Below are positions 51,654 through 64,000 of a stretch of DNA of 64,000 nucleotides, piece by piece. The stretch is from Okamejei kenojei (lineage: Eukaryota). The stretch's first letter is position 1; every line of letters begins with the position of its first letter. Both the position numbers and the translations under genes were made by a program. The notes beneath the pieces are model-generated. The model ran no database searches, had not been told where the DNA came from, and saw only the letters and a list, made by a program, of their open reading frames with translations. The stretch lies in contig CM069154.1 in the NCBI GenBank assembly GCA_035221665.1, positions 20,522,001 to 20,586,000 of the forward strand. The letters are read 5' to 3'.

Positions 51654-52694
51654 ATGGAAAGCCACCCTCTTCATGACCGTATACATTTGTTGGTTTGCAG
51701 ATTCTGAGGAGATCGTTCCTGGGGCTCGGGCTTTCAGAGCATACCGTTGATGTCATCACTGCGGCCTGGAGGAAGAGCACTCAGAAACAGTACATTTCCC
51801 ACATAGGAAAATGAGAGATGTACTGTTCCCGCTCTCACATTTCATACCACACAGCTACAATCACTGATGTCTTGGAATTTCTATCGTCACTCTATCACGA
51901 TAGCAAACTGAGTTATAGTGCCATTAACAGTGCCCGCAGTGCTTTGTCGAATTATTTACAGCTGGGGTCAGCACATCACACGGTAGGGTCCCCACCCTTT
52001 AATAACTAAATTTATGAAGGGCATCTTTAATTCCACTCCACCTAGACCCAGGTACACTCATATTTGGGATGTCAGTGTAGTTCTCACACTGCCCCATCAT
52101 TGGGCACCAGTTTCATCCATGTCCGGACACCATCTGACATTGAAAGTAGTTGTGCTCATGGGCCTGGCCTCAACACAACGGGTCCAAAAACTACATTATC
52201 TCAGACTCGACAGTATGAGCTCGTCCAGCAATAATGTCACCTTTTTCATTAGGGATCTCGTCAAACAGAGCAGGCCAGGGGTACTAGGGCTCAAGTTGAG
52301 TTTCGTGGCATATCCCTCAGATCCACGAGTGTGTGTTGTATTGTCCATAACCCGTTACATTAAGGTCACTAGGAGCCTGAGAGACTCGGAACTCTCCTTT
52401 TTTGTCAGCTACACCAAACCTCACAAACCGGTTACGGTGCAGACCATCTCTAGATGGATCAAACAGGTTCTGGCATGTGCAGGAGTGGACACTGACATTT
52501 TTAAACCTCATTCCACCAGGGCTGCATAGACGTCAGCAACAAGGGACATGGACGTTCCTCTTGACCAAATTCTGGCGGCTGCGGGGTGGTCGAATGAAAG
52601 GACTCACCAGAGGTTTTATAATAAGCCTATCGCCAGATCCAGGGGTTTTGCTGACTCTGTTTTAAGTTCTGTTTCACAGTTTCCCCCTGGGTGA
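51654..52694 (+). pseudogene. DIRS tyrosine recombinase ORF with stops
   Basis: SYSAINSARSALS, PRPRYTHIWDV, STQRVQ, FKPHSTRAA*, AAGWSNERT.QRFYNKP. Confidence 0.85.
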
Positions 52695-55194
52695 GAGGGG
52701 TCATTGTTTGTTTTTCTTTCTGTTATTAAACCATTACTATTGTTAAAATATGTCATGTTTGAATGCATTAATTTTCTCACTCGTCCTTGTCAATTGATGC
52801 AGCTGTGACGCGTGGACTCGTTCCTCAGCATGAAATTCACAGATCCTTCAAAGTCTTCACGTAGTCACGTGACTCAGAAGTAAAATAGTAAGATTAAACG
52901 AGAACTTACCGATTTGAAGTTTGATCGTTATTTTGTGAGGAGTTACGATGAGGGATTACGTGCCCTCCGCAACTGCAACATAGCATCCCAACTTCTATAT
53001 TGAATGCCTATACTGATAAACGGCAGCATGCCAAAATCCTCCTTCACCACCCAGTCAACCTGTGAAGTTATTTTCAGGAAACTATGTACTTGTACTCAGT
53101 CCCTCTGTCGTACGAGACCCTCCAGGGATCAATGTTATGATACATTGATTAAGCCACAGCTGGAATATATTGTGTACAATTCTGGCCATCCCACGATAGA
53201 AAGGGTATGATTTCACTGGAGCAATGCAGAGGAGATTCATCAAAATGTTGTCTGGGATTGAGTGTTTCAGTTATGAGGGGAGACTGGATTGGTTGGGTTT
53301 GTTTTCTTTAGAGTGGAGGAGGCTGAGAGTGGAGGAGTGCAGTTATAGATGCACCACATTATGAGGGACTGAGATAGGGGAGATAGTATGAATAGATTTT
53401 TCTAATAGAAGATATATATTTAAGGAGAGTTGTGTGGTTGTAGAGGATCAGTGGAAGATTTGTTTCGCCTGGAGGGCAGACAAAATCTGAAACACACTCC
53501 CTAAGAATGTGGTTGGGGCAGATATTCTCACAGTATTAAAGCGTTTGGGCAAGGGCATATATTTCCAAGCCTAGAAAGCTATGGATCAAGTACTGGTCCC
53601 ATTGAGCCGACTATACGAACACTTAAAACAACGCACTACCAGCCTCAGGACTCCAACTCAGGAACAGCTGAGTCAGACTACTGAATGGTCCACCCATAAG
53701 CCAGGTATAATCCTGATCTTCCAATCTACCACATTGCCAACATTGGACTTTTTCTTTGAAACTAACATTACAATGCTGCAAATTCTTTAGTTCTTTAGTA
53801 ACTTGTCAGTTTCTTTGTTGAACTAAATTAAGGCGCATATTGCAATCAAAAGCTCTTGAACAATGGGTTGGGAAGAAAGCCAAACTGTAAGAAAGAGGGC
53901 TGCATTCTGGTATTTTTATTTTTGCTTGTGTATAGCTTGATTGTAGTTATGTATGTTTAAGAAGGAACTGCAGATGCTGGAAAATCGAAGGTAGACAAAA
54001 ATGCTGGAGAAACTCAGAGGGTGAGGTAGCATCTATGGAGTGAAGGAAAAAGGCAACGTTTCCGGTTGAAACCCTTCTTCAGACTGAAGTTATTTATTGT
54101 ATGATCTGATTATTAATTGGATAGCATGTGAACAATAGCTTTTCACTGTATCTCAATCCATGACACAATAATAAACCAATCCCAAATGGGATTAGTGTAT
54201 ATGGGTATTGATGTGGCATGGACATGCTGGGCCAAGGAGCCTGTTTCTGTATGACATTATGACTGCACTCTCTTACTATTCTTCCTGCAAAAATGAACAA
54301 TTTAACGTTACCCACATTATTCTACATTTGCTAAATCCTTGCCCGCTCACTTACCTTGCCTTATTATCCATGAATAGTTACCTTATGTCCACTTCATAAC
54401 TTACTTTCCTACGTTTTGGGCCTTTTCCATGAGCTATGTTAAAATTCATATACTAGTGGAGGCTCCAGAAGGAGCCCTATGGCAATATTATATGTTGTTC
54501 ATTTATGCCTACTCTGTTTCCTGCTATCCTGCCAGTCTACTGTTCACTTCAACACAAATCCTGCTGCACTACAAGCTTTTATTTTCTTCAATAACTTTTG
54601 ATGGAACATCTCCATCAAATGCCTTATGGAAATCTAATAACAGTGCACCTTCATTACTTTCTGTTCCTTCTTGTTTGTAACAAAGTGCCCTAAGACACAT
54701 CTCTTCCCTCAGTGACTCTCTCTGGAGCTAACTTATTTCACATAGATTCAAATTGCAATTTCACTTTTTGTATTTTAGACCCACCCAAGCTTGCAGGTCT
54801 GTTCAGCATGATGTTGAATAAAGGTTTGAAATCCTACAGTTCCAGCATGGAACTGTAATTCTCTCTTCTGTAATTCATCTCCTATTTGTACCTTCTACAG
54901 TCAGCTTCTGTACAGGAAACAAGTATTCACCATCTCTCAGCCAGCACCACCATCACCTCTGTTATGTTTGTCTCACTGTCGCTATCATTGGTATTCTCAC
55001 TGTATTTCCGATTCCACCTTTCTGTCACATAAAATACATTTGATTTCTAATTTTTCCAATTTCTGACATAAAATCTTCGACCTGGAATGTTGTTTATTTT
55101 TTTCTTATATCATTGGCTGGTGAACCTTCGGAGTATTTCCAATATTTTCTGTTTTTATTACACATTTCCAGTATCAGCAGTGTGTTTCACTCAC

Positions 55195-55476
55195 CAGGTG
55201 TGGCCTGTTTGCAGTCGTCCGTCAGCAGGATCTGTGCCGTGCCCTCACTGACCGGGTTCCTGGCCTCACATTTGTACTCAACGTCCCCGACCCCTGCTGT
55301 GAGATGAACCTCTATCGTCTCTCCGTGTCGCAGGGGGTGATGGGTGCTGTCGTTTCCCAGAGCTTCTCCTCCCCTCCACCACCTGAAGCTGGTGGAGTCG
55401 CCAGAGGTCACGGAACAGGTCAGGTTGCAGATCCCGGTGATGGTCTGAATCTTAATCTGTGTTCCTGCCACGGGCT
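55195..55476 (-). CDS. Gene B IgC2 exon
   Basis: 282 nt, phase 1-1; EPVAGTQIKIQTITGICNLTC...YKCEARNPVS...DDCKQATP; ~72% aa identity to gene A C2 by manual count. Confidence 0.92.
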
Positions 55477-56729
55477 CTGAGGTTGGGGCAGACAGAAGAA
55501 AGATGAGTAAAGGAGATTCTTGTGGACCCCACGATACCCAACACCCTGTCTCCAGCAGCCACAAGTGAACAATCCCAGCTCATTTCCACCCACCAGTTTA
55601 ACTCTTTTCTCTCCCCCCCTTCAGTTCAGCGAGTTGTTGCTGCACGAAGTCCACACGTGATGCGCCCCCTTCCCGACTACTGCCCGCAATCATCCACCAA
55701 CTCTCCACCATGTCCTGTTTATGGCTCTGTATCATAAGTGATAGTAGAATTAAACCATTTGGCCCAACAAATCTACTCCGCCATTCAATCATGGATAATT
55801 GAACCTGGGGATTCTATCCAGATACAGGGTTTTTTTATCATTTCCGCTAATGGTCCCTGAGTCCCTTATGCACCTGAGTGTGACCCAGCCCAGACTGGGC
55901 CTGAACCTGGTCCAAGAGAGTCAGCCCTGTGACTGTAATGGGCACTGACCCAGACTGGGATAGCGTGCCATGTTCCAGAGTGAATCCAGCACCCTGCAGA
56001 TCCTGGGTCACACACCCTCTCCCCCACAGAGACTGAAACAGCTCACAAATCGCGGGTGTAAATAGCAAGTTATTCCCAGTCTTGTGATGGGACACATTCT
56101 GAGAGGGGAACCAAGGTATCAGAATGGAGAAAATGTCACAAGGGACAGAACAGAGATCTGTGGCTGCAGAGTCACCCTCACTGAAAGCAGATACATGGGC
56201 AGGGAAATCTCCTGATCACTGCCCCCCATCCTCAGCGGATGAACTTGTTCTCCCCCATGTTGGACCACACTTAGAATGTGTCCGAGACCAGCAAAGGCCA
56301 GAATGTCCTCTAGGTGGGGATTTCAATGTCCAACGTGGGAGTGGGTTGGTAACACCTCCACCTGGCCATCCCCAAGCTACCAGTGGCAGGTGCATCTGTC
56401 CCTGACACTTTTGATGAGAGTTACCACTGTAGTCCTTGTGGAGACAAGTCTGGTCTTCACAACGAAGGCTCATCCCCATCATATTGTGTGGCACCTACAA
56501 TTGTGCTCAATGGGAGAGGCTCAGAAGAGATCATGCAGCTGCCAACTGGGGTCCATGCGGTCCTGCGGACAGCAGCAGAACTGTCCACCACGCAGTCTGT
56601 AACCTCATGGTTCACTCCACCATTCCTGTCACCGAGGGGGTCAACCCTGGTTCACTGAGGGGCACAGAGGACATGAGGAAGCAGCACCAGGTGGAATTAA
56701 ACACAACAAGGTGCCAACCTGGTGAAGCT

Positions 56730-59010
56730 GCCGGAGTATAACAGAGGATAGTTCGGGAAGCGGCAGTGACGAGGGACGTTAAGTGGTGGTCCGACCAGTC
56801 AGAGGCCATGCTGAAATGTGCACTGACAGATGTCGATTGGATTATGTTCCAAGCAAGTTCCAGTGACGTCAGTGAGTTTGCGGAAGCAGTCACGGACTTC
56901 ATCGCAACAATAACCGACAACATCGTCCCCACGGTGAGGGTAAGCACCTTTCCGAATCAAAAACCCCGGGTGGACAGGTCCGTTCATGTTGCCTTGAATG
57001 CTTGCACCACTGCCTACAGCTCGGGCCTGGCATCCGGAAATATGGACGTCTACTATCGACTGCGAAGGGCGGTGAAGGACGCAAAAAGGGGGTACAGGAA
57101 CAAGATGGAGTCGCAGATGGAGCAGCAGGACACCAGACGCCTGTGGCAGGGGCTACGGACTGTAACCAACTACCGGAGCAGCCCCCCCCAACCGGAAGTG
57201 CCGGCACCTCCCTAGCTGATGTCCTGAACTCGGGGGGGGGGGGCTGCTCCGGTAGTTGGTTACAGTCCGCAGCCCCTGCCACAGGCATCTGGTGGCCTGC
57301 TGCTCATTTCGAGACGGGAAACATCACCCCAGGTCTGCCGACTAGCGACAACACCGCCAACATGCTGGCTATCGAAGCAGAAGGGAGGTCCATCGCCGGG
57401 GATGTGCACACATTCTCTTTGTCTGAGCACGATGTGAGGAGGGCTCTGACACGGGTGAACACGAGGAAAGCTGTAGGCCCAGATGGCATCTCGGGGCGAG
57501 TACTTAAGTCTTGTGCTACGCAGCTAGCTCCGGTGCTCACTACAATATTCAACCTCTCCCTGGCCAGGTCCAAGGTCCCTGCCTGCTTCAAAAGATCCAT
57601 CATTGTACCTGTACCTAAAAATGCCTCCCCAGCTTCTCTGAATGACTACCGTCCGGTGGCCCTCAGCTTGGTAGTCATGAAATGCTTTGAGAGGCTGGTG
57701 AAGAAACATCTGCGCCTTCCTCCCTCACAACATGGACCCACTACAATTCGCATACCGTCCGAACAGATCCATGGATTATGCGGTATCCCAGGTTCTGCAC
57801 ACCGCTCTCTCTCACCTTGACAGTCAGAAGGGGGGCTATGTGAGGATGCTGTTCATAGACTTCAGTTCAGCCTTCAACACGATAGTCCCCACCAGACCTG
57901 CTGAGAAACTGGTGGAATTGGGGCTCAACACCCCCCTGTGGGTCCTGGACTTTCTCGTCGCCAGGCCCCAGTTAGTCAAGATGGGAAGAAATACATCAAA
58001 GTCCCTCACCCTGAGCACAGGATCCCCCCAGGGTTGCGTCCTCAGCCCCCTACTGTACTCCCTGTACACACATGACTGTGTGGCTCGGTTCAGCTCCAAC
58101 TCGATAATCAAGTTTGCTGATGACACCGTGGTGGTGGGCCTGATCTCGGACAACGATGAGAAGGCCTACCGGGAGGAGGTAGCTGATCTGGCATTCTGGT
58201 GTCAGGACAACAGCCTCCTCTTGAATATCAAAAAAACTAAGGAGCTGGTCAAGGACTTTAGGAGGGCACATCATCCGAGGATGTACACGCCACTGAAGAT
58301 AAATGGGGATACTGTGGATAGGGTGAGCTGCTTTAAATACCTGGGAGTCCACATCTCAGAGGATCTGACATGGACATCACACAATGCAACACTGGTGAGT
58401 AATGCAAGGCAGCGCCGTTACCACCTCAGGCAATTGAGGAAATTCAGAGTGTCTCTGAGGATCCTCCAGTGCTTCTACTCAGCGGCTGTGGAAAGCATTT
58501 TGTCCGGAAACATCACAATCTGGTTTGGGAATTGCTCTGCCCAGGACAAGAAGGCTCTGCAGAGAGTAGTGCGCTCGGCCGAACGCACTATGGGAACTCC
58601 ACTCGCCCCCCTGCAGGAACTATACATCAGATCCAGAGCCAACAAGATCATGGGAGACCCCTTCCACCCCAGCAACAGACTGTTCCGGCTGCTACGGTCA
58701 GGCAAACGCCTCCATTACCGTGCTATGAAAACTGAGAGAAGGAGTTTCTTCCCAGAGGCCATTAGGACTATAAACTCCTATCTCACCAGGGACTAACTTT
58801 ACTGTACCAATTTATTGTTGTGTGGTGTCTTTTTAAAATTGCTATTTTTTCTTTTTTTTCCTCCCACAAATATGTAATATGTGAACATGTGAATCTGTTC
58901 CATTCTGTTTTGTAGTTTTTTTGCACAATCCGCAAGCATTGCCACTTTTCATTTCACTGCACATCTCGTATGTGTATGTGACGAATAAACGGACTTGACG
59001 ACTTGACTTG
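56730..59010 (+). mobile_element. 5'-truncated Rex1/Babar LINE, young, in gene B intron 2
   Basis: [65 protein letters not shown]; (gactt)n tail. Confidence 0.92.
57120..57305. repeat. 70-bp inverted duplication (hairpin) inside Rex1
   Basis: 57120-57189 vs 57236-57305 are reverse complements with 3 mismatches. Confidence 0.9.
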
Positions 59011-61396
59011 ACAGAGGACGACATGCGAGCTTATCAGCAACAACAGCCACAAAAAAAAGAGCTGAGGGACCTCGCAGCCTATGGCTCAGGTCACAGCTCT
59101 ACAGGCCTACTACATCTGGACATGAATAGTGGTGGGCAATTCAACAGCTCATCGAATGCAGCAGCCAAAAAAGCATCCCCATCCTCAGCAATGATGTGAC
59201 CCAGCATGTGAGTGCTGGAGACAAGGCTGATCATTTACAACCATGTTCAGTCAGAGTGCTGGAGTTGATGATCTCTGTTCTTCTGATATCCTACTGTCAC
59301 AGAAACCAGTGTCCAGACAATTTAGTTTACTCAATGCAAAATCATGTTTATAAGTTATAGGAGCAGAATGAGGCCATTTGGCCCATCAAGTCTAAGCCGC
59401 CATCTAATCACATTTGATCTATCTTTCCCTCAAACCCATTCTCCTGCCTTCTCCCCATAACCTCTGACACCTGTACTAATCAAGAATATATCAATCTCCA
59501 CCGTAAAAATATCCATTGACATGGCCTCCAAAGCCTCCTGTGACAATTAATTCCACAGATTCATCACCTTCTGATAAAATAAATTCCTCTTCATCTCCTT
59601 TCTAAAGGTACCGTATGTCCTTTTATTCTGAAGCTATGGCCTCTGGTCCTAGACGCAATCATTAATGGAAGCATCTTCTCCACATCCAGTCTATCCAGGA
59701 AACAGCAGATAGCCCCTATACATATCCAGCTCCAGGCAACATCCCAACTATAGTACTGAAGACCTGTACTCCTGAAGTCGTGGCACGTCTGGCCAAGTTG
59801 TTCTTGCAACATTGGTATCGAGTGACAATGTGGAAAGTTGCCCTCATGTTTGCAGTTCAAAAACAGGATGAATCCAATCAGCTGATCACCTCCCAATTGG
59901 TCTACTCTTGATCATCAGCAAAGTGAGAGAAGTTATTGTTGACACTTTTATCAGGCAGCACTTACTCACCATTAACCTGCTCACTGACGCTGAAGATCTT
60001 ACCTGAAGATCTCATCACGGCTTTGGTCCAAGACTGGAACGAAAAGCTGAGTTGCAGAGATAAGGCGAGGCTGACAGTCCTCAACATCAACGCATTGTTT
60101 GACTGAGTCTGACATTAGGGAGACATTGTAAAACTAAAGTCAACGAGGGTTAACACTCTGACGTGGCGTCACACCTCACACAGAGGAAGATGGTTGTGGT
60201 CATTGGAGGTCAGTCAACCCAGCCATAGGTCATCACTGCAGGTGTTCCTCAGGGCAGTATCTTGGGCCCAACCAGCTGCTTCATCAATGACCTTCCTGGC
60301 ATTGTAACGTTTGACTGATGATGGCACAATGTTCAGTTCCATTATCAACTCAACTGCATGCAGCAGGACCCAGAAAACATTAATACAGGGGCTGATAAGT
60401 GGGAAGTTTTGCAACCACGTGATGGAAGTGTCAGCAGGAGATAGCCCAGTGCTTGAGGCTCAATGATTCTCCCAGCAGCAAGTCCCACATTATCAAAACA
60501 ATGGAACAGCAACTCAACAATACTAATTACACATACTCTGTGGCTACTGGAGAAAGTTTGAGACTAGGTATCCCGTAGAAGTGAATCTTTTCCTGACACC
60601 CTGACCTTTCCCCAACTACAGGGCACTCGGGAGTGTAAGGGAACATTCTTCAAATACCTGGGTGAGTGCAGCTCCAACATCCCTCGAGAAGTTGCCATCA
60701 CCTGCAACTGAAGCAGCTGCTTAATCAGATCCCTACCCACTCCCCTAAATACTCCCACCCTCCGCCAGCCTAAGCACTTCCTCCCCCATCCTAACATCAT
60801 CCTTCTGCCACTCTAAGCACTCCCACCAACACCCCAAGCACTCCCTCTGTCAAATCCCTAAACATTCCATCCCTCTAATGATCAGCCATGATCATATTGA
60901 ATGGCGGTGCAGGCTCGAAGGGCCGAATGGCCTACTCCTGCACCTTTTTTCTATGTTTCTATGAATGGGATGAAGAAGGGACTCTACCCCAAACGTTGCC
61001 CATTTCCTTTGCTCCATAGATGCTGCCCCACCCGCTGAGTTTCTCCAGCATTTTTGTCATCCCTCTATCAATGTGGGTGGTGTGCATGTAATGCAGAAAA
61101 TTCACCAGGGAGCCTGGAGGAAATTCCCTTCCCCATGGAGCAGTGGGAACGTGGGAACCGTTGACGGTTTGATGCTTCACCACGGCCCCTGGCCCAATGA
61201 CCGGGGATGTGGTGGGCCTGTCCCCCAGCCTGGCACTGCCCCAGTCCCACTACACTGGGACCGGGACCCCCACTCTGCACACTGCCAGTCAGTGGGGTTC
61301 AGTAAACTGGGGGACGCACAGGATCTGCCCTCGCCCATTAATTAGAGAGGTTCAGGAGCCGGTGGAAGCCGGGACGTCCGCCGCAGTCTCACTCAC

Positions 61397-61714
61397 CGTA
61401 CACCTCCAGTCGGAATCTCGCCGGAGTTTTTTCTCCTGAACTTGTAATAACAAGCACCTCATAATCACCAGTGTCCTCTCTCCGTAGATCACGGATTTCC
61501 AGACTGAAGTTCCCGCGGTGAAGAGTTACCCGTCCCGTGTAATTGGTGTTCCAGTAATAAATATTCTCATCCATGTACTTCGCTATCCTGGTTCTGGGTG
61601 ATTTCCGGCTCCACTCAACCATGGCAACGTCCGGTGTGACTGTGACCCCAGCAGGTAAGGAGACCGAGTGTCCCCGAGCTCCGGTCACGGTGCCAGTGGC
61701 GGCCCCGGTCCCAG
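61397..61714 (-). CDS. Gene B IgV exon lacking the canonical disulfide; leader exon lies beyond the window end
   Basis: 318 nt, phase 1-1; VTGARGHSVSL...VEWSRK...NFSLEIRDLRREDTGDYEV...RLEVY; flanking introns align with gene A. Confidence 0.93.
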
Positions 61715-62239
61715 CTGAGGAGACAAGAGAGGCAGTCAGCAGGAGAGCTCAGTGACTGGAGGAGGGATCGGAGCTGGGAGAATCACAGAGCACAGGAGCA
61801 GGCCATGCGGCCCATCGTCTGGCTCCCGGCTCTGTTCCTACATCACACAGTGAGCCCACGGGGGGAACAGAGTGAAGACTTTCTGCACCCGGGGCTCAGG
61901 AAGGAAGAAGCAGCCGGCAGCCAGATATAGACGGGCGGGTCAGGGGGAACAGACACGGCAAATGGGACCTGGTCTGAAAAAGAAGGGGGATGGGGTGAGT
62001 TTGGAGAGAATTAACATGGTGGAGGAACGGGGTAAATGGGAGGGTGTGAGTGGCATGGGGGGGACAAGGAGCAGACCCCTGGAGTGCACTTACACAGATC
62101 CCTGAAGGAGGAAGTAAGGACAGATGAATACCACACAAGCAAGGATCAAAAGGTGAGAACACACACGATCCAGGGAAAATTGGCAAATCGGATGCAAAAT
62201 TATCTGGTGATTGGAGGCAGAAGATATTGGTAGAGGGTT

Positions 62240-64000
62240 GAGGGGACACAAAAGGCTGGAGAAACTCAGCGGGTGCAACAGCATCTAAGGAGCGAAGGAG
62301 ATAGGCGACGTTCCGGGTCGAGACCCTTCTTCAGACTGGTCAGGGATCAGGGAAACGAGAGATATAGACGGTGATGTGGGGAGATAAAGAACAATGAATG
62401 AAAGATATGCAAAAAAGTATCGATGATAAAGGAAACAAGCCATTGTAAGCTGTTTGTGGTGTGAAAATGAGAAGCTAGTGCGACTAGGGTGGGGGAGAGA
62501 TAGAGAGAGAGGGAATGCCAGGGCCCGAGGGCTGAGGGAGAGGTGGGAAGGGGAGGAGACAGCAAGGGTTAACAGAATTGAGAAAATTCAATGTTCAAGC
62601 CCAGAGGATGCAGACTCCCCAAGTGGAATATGAGGTGCTGTTCCTCCAACTTGCGGTGTTGCTCACTCTGGCCGTGGAGGAGGCCCAGGACTGAGAGGTC
62701 GGATACAGAATGGGAGGGGGAGTTGAAGTGCTGAGCCATCGGGAGGTCGGGTTGGTTATTGCGGACTGAGCGGAGGTGTTCGGCGAAACGATCGCCAAGC
62801 CTCCGCTTGGTCTCACCGATATAGATCATCTGGCATCTGGAGCAGTGGATGCAGTAGATGAGGTTGGAAGAGGTGCAGGTGGCGAAACTGGCGAAGGACT
62901 ATGTGTTGTATTTGACAGCTGGTGGGGTGAAAGGTGAGGACCAGGGGGACTCTGCCCTTGTTGCGAGTGGGGGAATGGGGAGAGAGGGCAGTGTTGCGGG
63001 GTATGGAGGAGACCCTGGTGCAAGCCTCATCTATAGTGGGGGAGGGGAATCCCCGTTCTCTGAAGAATGAGGACATTTGTGATGACCTGGTGTGGAACAC
63101 CTCATCCTGGGAGCAGATGTGGCGTAGACGGAAGAATTGGGAATAGGGGATGGAGTCCTTACAGGAAGCAGGGTGGGAGGAAGAGTAGTCCAGGTAGCTG
63201 TGGGAGTCAGTTGGTTTGTAGTGGATGTCGGTCAGGAGTGTATCACCTGCAATAGAGATGGTGAGGTCAAGGAATGGTAGGGAAAAGTCGGAAATGGTCC
63301 ATGTGTATTTGAGTGCCGGATGGAAGTTGGTGGTGAAATGGATGAAGTCAGTCAGTTGTGTGTGGGTGCAGGAGTGACACCAAAGCAGTCGTCGATGTAA
63401 CGGAGGTAGAGGTCGGGGATGGGGCCCTGGTACGCCGAGAACAAGGATTGTTCGACGTACCCGACAAAGAGGCAAGCGTAGCTGGGACCCATGCGTGTGC
63501 CCATAGCTACGCCTTGTGTTTGGAGGAAATGGGAGGAGTCAAAAGAGAAGTTATTGAGGGTAAGGACCAATTCCACTAGGCGGAGGAGGGTGTCAGTGGA
63601 CGGGTATGGGTTGCTCCTCTGGTCGAGGAAGAACCGGAGGGTTTTGAGACCGTCCTGGTGGGGGATGGAGGTGTAGAGTGACTGGACATCCATGGTAAAG
63701 ATGACAGGATGGGGGCCTGGAGAATGGAATGCGCGGAGCCGACGGAGAGTGTCTGAGGTGTCTTGAACATAGGTGGGGAGGGATTTAACAAAGGGGGATA
63801 GGATGGAGTCAAGGTATGTGGAAATGTGTTCGGTGGGGCACAAACAGGCAGAGACTATGGGTCTGCTGGGGCAGTCGGGTTTGTGGATTTTGGGGAGAAG
63901 GTAAAATCGGGCCGTGCGGGGCTGGGAAACGATGAGGTTGGAGGCTCGGGAGGGTGGGGAGCCGGAGTTGATGAAGTTGGTTATGATGCTCGAGATGGTA
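62240..64000 (-). mobile_element. Penelope-like retroelement (RT plus GIY-YIG), running off the window end
   Basis: FTMDVQSLYTSIP, QTQGVAMGTRMGPSYA, YLRYIDD, YIGETKRRLGDRFAEHL; 3' ctgaagaagggtctcgacccg motif also seen in many short copies. Confidence 0.92.

Larger units (their letters stand above)
48811..51707 (+). pseudogene. DIRS RT-RNase H-methyltransferase-like ORF, interrupted at YLDD
   Basis: VGGRLQFF, RIILDL, IDLKDAY, ALPNGL..APRLFTK, AYLDD | DDIL, TDASALGWG, INYLELL, IDPFASRLN, DAFS...YVFPPF. Confidence 0.9.
47400..52968 (+). mobile_element. DIRS1-like tyrosine-recombinase retrotransposon, near full length, inactivated, in gene B intron
   Basis: Order is gag-like ORF, RT/RNase H/MT, then YR. 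5' terminus 47400-47437 is complementary to 52854-52887 (ICR), flanked by short inverted repeats. Confidence 0.92.
56200..60740 (+). mobile_element. Old CR1/L2-group LINE, host of the Rex1 insertion and of a CR1 tail (~59345-59700)
   Basis: GDFNV endonuclease remnant at ~56320; GVPQGSILGP...FINDL RT remnant at ~60240. Confidence 0.6.

Noticed and set aside
51654-52694. Tyrosine recombinase and methyltransferase-like motifs as a phage or prokaryotic integrase
   Set aside because: These are standard components of DIRS1 retrotransposons in the expected order
56741-59018. Apparent 8-bp TSD acagagga around the Rex1 copy
   Set aside because: The left copy lies within Rex1 coding-like sequence (PEY.QRIVRE), so it is more likely chance microhomology

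Overview
This is vertebrate genomic DNA, most likely a cartilaginous fish (skate or ray). That call is inferred from HE1-type SINEs and CR1/HER1, Rex1, Penelope and DIRS repeats. Most of the window is decayed, nested transposable elements, and most ORFs in the ORF track are spurious or TE-derived. Among them is a tandem minus-strand cluster of CD2/SLAM-family immunoglobulin-superfamily genes, reconstructed exon by exon from splice sites and phases. Gene A (17317-9422) is complete: 5 exons, 268 aa, with leader, disulfide-free IgV, four-Cys IgC2, hydrophobic segment and a 16-aa tyrosine-free tail, resembling CD58/CD48. Gene B (leader beyond 64000; 61714-44971) is SLAM-receptor-like, with IgV, IgC2, TM and a tail carrying a canonical ITSM (TIYDTV), a variant TIYAQP and a distal YETV. 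Three relics show birth-and-death evolution: a leader exon with a dead donor (646-700), an inverted IgC2 pseudo-exon (4801-5035) and a decapitated intron-1 remnant (~34.4-34.9 kb). An ETS-IRF composite motif is conserved in intron 1 of three copies. A near-full-length DIRS retrotransposon sits in an intron of gene B. It is interrupted exactly at its YLDD codons by an RNase H-bearing LINE fragment whose 5' junction appears to carry a 26-nt piece of 18S rRNA.
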